Virus record (IMG/VR): IMGVR_UViG_2907905317_000001
Location: 4,219 to 68,218 of that record
Length of the DNA stretch: 64,000 bases
Origin: a virus
Taxonomy: Duplodnaviria; Caudoviricetes
Direction: 5' to 3' (one strand)
Below the pieces are notes generated by a model. It did not search any database. It was not told where the DNA came from and saw only the letters and a program-made list of their open reading frames with translations. The translations under genes were made by a program, and so were the position numbers. This document shows, in pieces, positions 57,862-64,000 of this stretch. Numbering within the stretch: the stretch's first letter is position 1; the number at the start of each line of letters is the position of its first letter.

Positions 57862-57881
57862 ACAACCTCCAATATGGGACA

Positions 57882-57897
57882 CTGTATAAACATACAG
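57882..57897. promoter_or_regulatory. LexA box
   Basis: CTGTATAAACATACAG. Confidence 0.9.
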
Positions 57898-58182
57898 TAC
57901 CATACATTATTCAAAATATGAAAGGAAAAATTATCACCATAAAGTGTCGTATGTGCATGATATAGATACGAAATAGTTACAGTCGCAGATTGGTAACTTA
58001 TGCTAATCCAGTAACTTGAGCTAGAACTTATCTAGCCTGCGCCCGGTGCGGAGGGCTGCCGAGAAAATACCTCCGATTGTAGAACCATGGCACTATTTGC
58101 CGTTTATGCAACTTTGCCACCGGGCATCAGATGCCGAGCTTCACCCTGGCTGATGGTTTCACCGGTGCGAGCTGAATCTCGT

Positions 58183-60192
58183 CTATTGTTTTGGAAATTG
58201 CTGGGCTTTGCTTTCCGTTCCGTGGACTAAATATCGCTGTCTGTTACGTTTCTTACCCCTTAGCATGCACGTTTCATTACGGCCCAACAATTTGGATAAA
58301 TCCAGCTCAGGTGAATCGCTTTCGCTTCTCGTATAGTTATTGACAGAACTCCGAGAGGGCGCAGGAGCGCCCTTAACGTCAACGGCCAAATCAACGGCAC
58401 GCTTCGGCACAATTTTCCACTGCGTTAGCCTGGTTAAAATCGGGGTGTCAGCGCCGACGGCGGAATCGTACACGCCACGAATGCAGATAGTTTCCTCACC
58501 ATACTGGTTAAACTCGGCGCGAGGCTCATACAGCGTGCGCACCTGCAAATCGTCGCGACGGACAAACGGGCCACCCTGCGCATTAACGTAACCAGCCCAG
58601 TCACCGGCGTCAGCGGCATCATGGACGGCGGCAAATTCAACGCTCAGACCGTGCGCGGTCTCGGTATCAGCGAGACGACGCAATTCACGGTAGACCGTCA
58701 CCGGCGCGCCGCCAATAAACTGGAATTGACGGATGTGCCAGCGCGCCGCCCATGCTGATACGGCGGGGGCAGTCTCTTTAAGCAGTTCACCGCTTTCGTC
58801 ATCGGTTTCGCCATCGAGAGCATATCCGTCGATATTTTTTGAAATGTATTTAGCGACATAGCCGGTTGCGCTACCTTTTTCCGGGTCGATTGCCTCGGCA
58901 TGGAAGCGCGCTTTTTTGGCTTTATCGCTTCTCAGTTCGTGGCGGTCTTCCTCCCACGCATAATCACGGATGATGAGGCGCACGCGCTCGACATCTTCCG
59001 GCAACATGAACATAAGCATGTGCCAATGCGGCGTTCCATCATGGTGAGGCTCGGCAACACGTATGCCGAAAATGCGGATTTCTTCCCGGTGTAGCTTGGC
59101 GCGTATACGCGCCCAAAGACCGGTTAGATAGCTCTGTGTGTCCGACGGGCTGGCACCGTTCCATTTGCTGTTACGGTAGCCCGCTTTGGTGGTGGCGTGG
59201 TATTTAGACGGTGCGGTCAGGGTGTAAAACTCCCCGACATAACCGAGCTCAGTACAGATATTTTCAAACCCACGGATGCGGGTCATCAGCTCGCAGCGGC
59301 GTATCGCAGGGTTAGCGACAGAACCGTCATATTTTTCTATCAGGCTGATGCGGTTGCCGTCTTCGTCTTCGAGATCCAGTCCCTTGAGAAATTCGCGCGT
59401 GCGGCGTTTCTGCTCACGCCAGTCAGTCACACAGTTTTTACTCGCGTAGGCGTGTCGTTTCTTGCTGACGTTGCCGACTGCAATTTGAAGATGTTCGCGC
59501 CATGCCGATGCGACACGACGCAGACGATTACGCCACCATGACTCAGTAAACATACGGATTACTGCTGGGGCGACATCATCTTTGTTGAAGTATTTATTTG
59601 CCACGCGCTCCCAATGGGGAGGAGTGACATTGAATTGCAGAGAAATAAAACCAGCGTGCATGTACCAGGTGTATAGCGTTTTGAGCTCACCAAAACCTGA
59701 ATCATCAATATTTGCCAGCTCAGAACGAATGAAATTAGCAATGTCACCGGCCAGTAGGTCAACATCGGCTCGCGACATATCAGGAAGGCAGTTATATCTG
59801 GCGACCAGATTAACCATACGTGACGCCAGATATTGCATGAGTCGGGTGTCAAAATGACCACCGAAAACGGCAGTTGAGACATTACTGTTGATACCCGCGC
59901 TCTCGTATTTTTTGGCGACCAGTTCAAGACGTGGCAATGCCTTTTTACAGAAGCTGATTAAAAAAGCATTGGCTCGTTGACTGCCCTGATTTTGCTCCAG
60001 CACCGTAGCGGTACGATATACGTCAAAACGCACGCACTCAGGCTGGAGAGAAAGCACTTTTCGCGCATGCAGCAAAGCCGCGAACATACGGTCGCGGCGA
60101 TGCTGTTGGTCATAGGTAAGATATGGGCTGGCTATTGCCGACCGTGGAGCATTCCACGGATAAGCATAAGCAACCGTAGAGCTATGCATCAA
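58183..60192 (-). CDS. A: Replication initiator gpA, C-terminally truncated
   Basis: HUH and YVAKY motifs intact; out-of-frame relic of the C-terminus (KTIDEIQL, ISQGEARHLM) continues to ~57980. Confidence 0.9.
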   Translation of the reverse strand: MMHSSTVAYAYPWNAPRSAIASPYLTYDQQHRRDRMFAALLHARKVLSLQPECVRFDVYRTATVLEQNQGSQRANAFLISFCKKALPRLELVAKKYESAGINSNVSTAVFGGHFDTRLMQYLASRMVNLVARYNCLPDMSRADVDLLAGDIANFIRSELANIDDSGFGELKTLYTWYMHAGFISLQFNVTPPHWERVANKYFNKDDVAPAVIRMFTESWWRNRLRRVASAWREHLQIAVGNVSKKRHAYASKNCVTDWREQKRRTREFLKGLDLEDEDGNRISLIEKYDGSVANPAIRRCELMTRIRGFENICTELGYVGEFYTLTAPSKYHATTKAGYRNSKWNGASPSDTQSYLTGLWARIRAKLHREEIRIFGIRVAEPHHDGTPHWHMLMFMLPEDVERVRLIIRDYAWEEDRHELRSDKAKKARFHAEAIDPEKGSATGYVAKYISKNIDGYALDGETDDESGELLKETAPAVSAWAARWHIRQFQFIGGAPVTVYRELRRLADTETAHGLSVEFAAVHDAADAGDWAGYVNAQGGPFVRRDDLQVRTLYEPRAEFNQYGEETICIRGVYDSAVGADTPILTRLTQWKIVPKRAVDLAVDVKGAPAPSRSSVNNYTRSESDSPELDLSKLLGRNETCMLRGKKRNRQRYLVHGTESKAQQFPKQ
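58333..58360 (-). other. Replication origin of B
   Basis: CTCTCGGAGTTCTGTCAATAACTAT. Confidence 0.78.
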
Positions 60193-60463
60193 CGCTAGCC
60201 CCTTGAATGGCTGCTATGCATAGTTGCCCTACCCGCTTAATTTCTTCCGCCATAGCGTCAATGGCAGTAATATCCGAGCCATGAATCTGATGGTGTATCA
60301 GGCCGGAAATAAGCTGGTTAATCTTCGGATAATAGCCGATAGTGTCGAGCCATTCTTCACCAGCTTTATTTCCTGACTTAACTACTTTCTTTTCATTCAG
60401 GATGAATTGATATTGGTCGCTGGTAATAACCCATTTGTCGCCGACTTCGATGCGAATACCCAT
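60182..60463 (-). CDS. Conserved P2-like early protein
   Basis: IEVGDKWVITSDQYQFILNEKK, directly upstream of A. Confidence 0.78.
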   Translation of the reverse strand: MGIRIEVGDKWVITSDQYQFILNEKKVVKSGNKAGEEWLDTIGYYPKINQLISGLIHHQIHGSDITAIDAMAEEIKRVGQLCIAAIQGASVDA

Positions 60464-60685
60464 TTATACCCCCCGGTAATGTTTGGATTTGAGCTCGGCG
60501 ATTTGCTGGCAGGTTACACAAAAGGCCACTCCCGGAATCGCAATGCGGCGAGCTTCCGGGATTGGTGTGTCACATACCTCGCAGGTAAAACGAGAAGGAG
60601 CAGCGATACGCCTGCGCGCGTTGTTGATAAGGCGCTCACGTTCTGCCTGTTCACGCTGTTGTGCGATATCCATTGCATCGGCCAT
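60464..60685 (-). CDS. TraR/DksA C4 zinc-finger protein
   Basis: CEVC...IPEARR...CVTCQ. Confidence 0.9.
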   Translation of the reverse strand: MADAMDIAQQREQAERERLINNARRRIAAPSRFTCEVCDTPIPEARRIAIPGVAFCVTCQQIAELKSKHYRGV

Positions 60686-60912
60686 TAGTGCAGCTCCTGA
60701 GATTCGTTTTCGTAGCGGGTGGCTTCACGGCGCAGCAGTTCAGCCGCTTCTATGGCGCTCATACCTTTGTTAGCGATATGGGTTGCCAGTGCCTCAAGGC
60801 GGATAGATACAGCCAGTGCGCGCCCTTTGCGCTCTTCAGATTTTGCCTCTTCCAGCAATACGGCCAGCGCCTCTTTATCGACTTTGAATTGACGGGGTTC
60901 GATATTTTGCAT
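60685..60912 (-). CDS. DUF2732-like early protein
   Basis: EAAELLRREA. Confidence 0.8.
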   Translation of the reverse strand: MQNIEPRQFKVDKEALAVLLEEAKSEERKGRALAVSIRLEALATHIANKGMSAIEAAELLRREATRYENESQELH

Positions 60913-60980
60913 AGTGCTTTCTCCTGAATTCGGGTAATGGGAAGCCCGACGGGTTGACGTCAGTTAATGAAATTTGTGTA

Positions 60981-61319
60981 TTAATTCGGCATTGTAAGCC
61001 GCTTTGGAAATAAGCTCACCACTGCGCGAAAATGATTCATCGCCGTAATAAGCGCTTTTTTCTCGTCAGTAGTCAGCTCACTTAATTGGAGCTCATGACG
61101 AGCCGCCGGTATTTTTGCCAGAAAGAAAATAGCGGCCAGCGCCCGATTATTTTCTTCAAATTGTGGATCACGTTTATCGCGCATATCATCGACAAAACGT
61201 TCTACCTCTTTCCAGCAATCGCCCCAATATCTAGCGCGCAATTGAGCCACATGATTGAGGCCAGCCAGACGTTCACCCGCTTTTAGCGGAACAGTCGCGG
61301 AAACAGCTTCGATAGCCAT
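60981..61319 (-). CDS. dhr: Dhr-like protein
   Basis: NRALAAIFFLAKIP...AMNHFRAVVSLFPKRLTMPN, recognised as 186 Dhr-like. Confidence 0.8.
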   Translation of the reverse strand: MAIEAVSATVPLKAGERLAGLNHVAQLRARYWGDCWKEVERFVDDMRDKRDPQFEENNRALAAIFFLAKIPAARHELQLSELTTDEKKALITAMNHFRAVVSLFPKRLTMPN

Positions 61320-61483
61320 GATTCCCCCTGTTTTTGTGTAGAGAGGTCAGCCAGTAAATCAGCCTGTGATCGGCTCGGGTGCCAGCGCTTGCCGTCCTTA
61401 CCTGTGATCCAGCCGTGTCCGTAGTGCATGCCGGGGCTTTGCTTAACGAGCAGAGAAGCGAATGACGGTTCAGTATTCAACAT
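61283..61483 (-). CDS. fil: Fil-like protein
   Basis: PSFASLLVKQSPGMHYGHGWI. Confidence 0.8.
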   Translation of the reverse strand: MLNTEPSFASLLVKQSPGMHYGHGWITGKDGKRWHPSRSQADLLADLSTQKQGESWLSKLFPRLFR

Positions 61484-61490
61484 ACATACC

Positions 61491-62000
61491 TCACATCAGC
61501 CCGAACGAGGCACCGAGGCCGCTCATGGTGTCGACTACGCTAGTCATTGCCGGGTTAGCCTGTAATCGCGCCTGTAATGCCATTGCCGACAGCGACAGCA
61601 TGCGAATACCCGCGTTTACGCTCGCAATCATGTTTTGCTTACGGGCCGTGGTAAGGCGGTCGCCTGAAACGGCACCGCTCGCCAGTTCGCCGAGTTCACT
61701 CATGGCGCGCATGACGTAGGATTGCAGTTTTTCTTTTGCCAGCTCGTTGACCGGCACGCATGGCAAACAATGGATCTGCGCCAGAAAACCATCAACAAGG
61801 GTCGAGTCTTCGGTCAGGTCTGTCAGAGTCCAGATTTCGCGCGGCGTTAACTGGTGTGGCTGTTCCGGGTTGAGTTTGTTGTAAAGCGTATGCGGCTTGA
61901 TACCGGCTTTATCGGCCAGCTCTTTCACGTTATGCGTGGCCGCGAATTTTCTGCATGCATCATCAAAGTGTGCATGTGACGAAACGCGAAAATCTAACAT
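61491..62000 (-). CDS. cII: CII activator
   Basis: HFDDACRKFA...NKLNPEQPHQLT. Confidence 0.92.
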   Translation of the reverse strand: MLDFRVSSHAHFDDACRKFAATHNVKELADKAGIKPHTLYNKLNPEQPHQLTPREIWTLTDLTEDSTLVDGFLAQIHCLPCVPVNELAKEKLQSYVMRAMSELGELASGAVSGDRLTTARKQNMIASVNAGIRMLSLSAMALQARLQANPAMTSVVDTMSGLGASFGLM

Positions 62001-62030
62001 GTTTAGGCTCCCTCTAATCACTATGATGAT

Positions 62031-62252
62031 TTACACGTTAAGTGAAATGTCGCATTCACTCAGAGCTTGAATAGTCAGAGCAGCCATGTTCACTTCAACC
62101 AGGCCCTTAGTCTGTTTACCCTTTGGCTTGATTGGCAACTTTCCGTATTCAATCAGGTTCTTAGCTGTTTCTTTGTTAGTGCCAGTACGGCGGCAATACT
62201 CATCAAGTGGCAGGTAAGGCTCAGGGATGACGATTGTAATGTTTGGTCGCAT
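62031..62252 (-). CDS. cox: Cox-like excisionase/repressor
   Basis: PYLPLDEYCRRTG...LPIKPK...VEVNM. Confidence 0.88.
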   Translation of the reverse strand: MRPNITIVIPEPYLPLDEYCRRTGTNKETAKNLIEYGKLPIKPKGKQTKGLVEVNMAALTIQALSECDISLNV

Positions 62253-62280
62253 AAGGCAAACTCCGCTGGTTAACCTGTAC

Positions 62281-62307
62281 GGCAATACAGGGCAATAATG
62301 GGCAATG
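62281..62307. promoter_or_regulatory. 10-bp-phased GGCAAT direct repeats (likely Cox operators)
   Basis: ggcaatacag ggcaataatg ggcaatg in the cox-cI gap. Confidence 0.65.
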
Positions 62308-62371
62308 TTTCTTTAAACCTACAAAGCGGAGTTTAATGTCACTCCACGAAAACTTGCAAGGATAAGTTTTC

Positions 62372-62956
62372 ATGAAGCTACAAATTGATTTTTCACAAGG
62401 CGGAAATGACACCTTAGATCGTGTCATTGAGGCGTATGGATTCAGAACTAAAGTCGCTCTTGCAGAACATCTAGGGATAGCGAGTAGTAGCCTTGCTAAT
62501 CGATATAAGAGGGACTTTTTCCCGGCAGATATCGTGGTTCGCTGCATGGCTGAGACGGGCGCTACGCTTGAGTGGCTGGTTACCGGGAATGGGCCAAAGT
62601 TTGACGGCGAAGACCTCGACATTCTGAGAATTGCCAGACAAAAAATTGTCGACGGTCAGCTTTATGACTCAGGGGTTCTTATGTTGGATAAAGCTACATT
62701 TTTGCCAGGAAAAGCAGTACCAACGAAGCCTCTTTGTATCATTGAAAGCTCAACGACGTATGTTATCGAGAGGGAGTTTTCAGAGGTGTTTGATGGTGAA
62801 TGGCTTGTCGATATTGAAGGTAAAACAAGCGTAAGGACACTGACCCGGATCCCAGTAAAGAAAGTTCGTGTTAGCGGCGCTGGCGCGGCTTTTGACTGTT
62901 CCATTGATGACATAAGCGTTATCGGGCGTGTGGTGCTAACAATAATCAGCGGATGA
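62372..62956 (+). CDS. cI: 186-type CI repressor
   Basis: RVIEAYGF...LGIASSSLANRYKRDFFP...WLVTGNG. Confidence 0.92.
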   Translation: MKLQIDFSQGGNDTLDRVIEAYGFRTKVALAEHLGIASSSLANRYKRDFFPADIVVRCMAETGATLEWLVTGNGPKFDGEDLDILRIARQKIVDGQLYDSGVLMLDKATFLPGKAVPTKPLCIIESSTTYVIEREFSEVFDGEWLVDIEGKTSVRTLTRIPVKKVRVSGAGAAFDCSIDDISVIGRVVLTIISG

Positions 62957-62962
62957 TTAGTT

Positions 62963-64000
62963 ATGACCGTTCGAAAATTAAGTGATGGGCAATGGGTCGC
63001 TGACTTTTATACAGTCAATCGCAGCGATGGAAAGCAGGGTAAAAGAGTCCGTAAAAAATTCTCTACTAAAGGGGAAGCTCTTGCATTCGAAAACTTCACA
63101 ATGCAAAAGGTTGATAACTCCCCCTGGCTAGGTGATGGCAAAGATCGCCGTCGTCTTTCCGACCTTGTTCACCTTTGGTTTGACCGTCACGGAATTACCC
63201 TAAAAGATGGCGAGAAAAGAAAGAAATCTATGCTATGGGCGGCGGAGTGCATGGGCTCCCCACTTGCTAGCGAATTTAGCGCCCAGCTATTTACCGCATA
63301 CCGCGCAAAAAGGCTTGAAGGGCATTTCGCTCGCACAAAGAGAATTAGCCAAGTATCGCCACGGACGATGAACCTTGAACACGCTTACTTTTTAGCTGTC
63401 TTTAATGAACTTAAACGATTAGGTGAGTGGGCACCACCCAACCCCCTAGAAAATGTCAGGCAATTTCGTACTGAAGAAAGCGAGATGTCATATCTCACAG
63501 CTGAGCAGATTGAATCGCTGTTAAAAGAGTGCCGCAACAGTTCTGCTGAAGACCTAGAGATAATCGTTAAAATTTGCTTGGCAACTGGAGCGAGATGGAG
63601 TGAAGCAGAAAGCCTAAAGCGTTCTCAGGTTTCCTCGGGGAAGATCACTTATATCAAGACTAAGGGTAAAAAGAATCGAACAATACCCATATCGGCCGAG
63701 CTAATGGGGGAACTTCCCAAAAAGAATGGTGCGCTATTTACCCCGTGCTACTACGCCTTTAGAAATGCCCTGGATCGCGCAGGGATAGAGCTTCCTCCAG
63801 GCCAGTTAACTCATGTCTTGCGGCATACGTTCGCCAGCCACTTTATGATGAACGGCGGGAACATCCTCGTATTGCAAAAGATACTGGGGCACACCGATAT
63901 AAAAATGACAATGAGATATGCACACTTCGCCCCCAACCATCTTGAGGATGCAGTCAGACTCAACCCTTTAGATTGTCGCAAAAGTGTCGCATCAACTTAG
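62963..64000 (+). CDS. int: Tyrosine integrase
   Basis: TGARWSE, HVLRHTFASHF, LGH, MRYAH. Confidence 0.97.
   Translation: MTVRKLSDGQWVADFYTVNRSDGKQGKRVRKKFSTKGEALAFENFTMQKVDNSPWLGDGKDRRRLSDLVHLWFDRHGITLKDGEKRKKSMLWAAECMGSPLASEFSAQLFTAYRAKRLEGHFARTKRISQVSPRTMNLEHAYFLAVFNELKRLGEWAPPNPLENVRQFRTEESEMSYLTAEQIESLLKECRNSSAEDLEIIVKICLATGARWSEAESLKRSQVSSGKITYIKTKGKKNRTIPISAELMGELPKKNGALFTPCYYAFRNALDRAGIELPPGQLTHVLRHTFASHFMMNGGNILVLQKILGHTDIKMTMRYAHFAPNHLEDAVRLNPLDCRKSVAST

Larger units (their letters stand above)
31890..64000. mobile_element. P2-like prophage B (186/PSP3-like); right att just beyond window
   Basis: Gene set ogr-D-U-T...Q-cos-tum-A-dhr-fil-cII-cox-cI-int. Confidence 0.95.

Overview
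The window holds two different P2-like (Peduoviridae) prophages integrated in tandem at the same tRNA(CAT, Ile2-type) att site. The host is an enterobacterium; the tailspike suggests Klebsiella, but this is not proven. Prophage A (1 to ~31,936; Fels-2-like head and lysis genes, left end outside the window) and prophage B (~31,890 to >64,000; 186/PSP3-like) have divergent backbones but share a near-identical 3.9-kb receptor-binding module. The most unusual items are: (1) a compact Dam-like methyltransferase preceded by four 20-bp CACnGTCA-N4-TGACnGTG palindromes just downstream of ori in A; (2) a GHKL kinase + STAS pair between portal and cos; (3) a PD-(D/E)xK-like gene after int, an HNH gene and an ART-like orphan, all candidate defence genes; (4) a 1-kb lysC-R-S duplication bracketing a captured membrane-protein moron; (5) two tandem Cox/Apl genes with a relic cII/pE site; (6) a hairpin-occluded repA start with a 17-codon leader ORF; (7) a decayed ori-to-cos segment in B. 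All calls come from reading and motif recognition only; no database searches were run.
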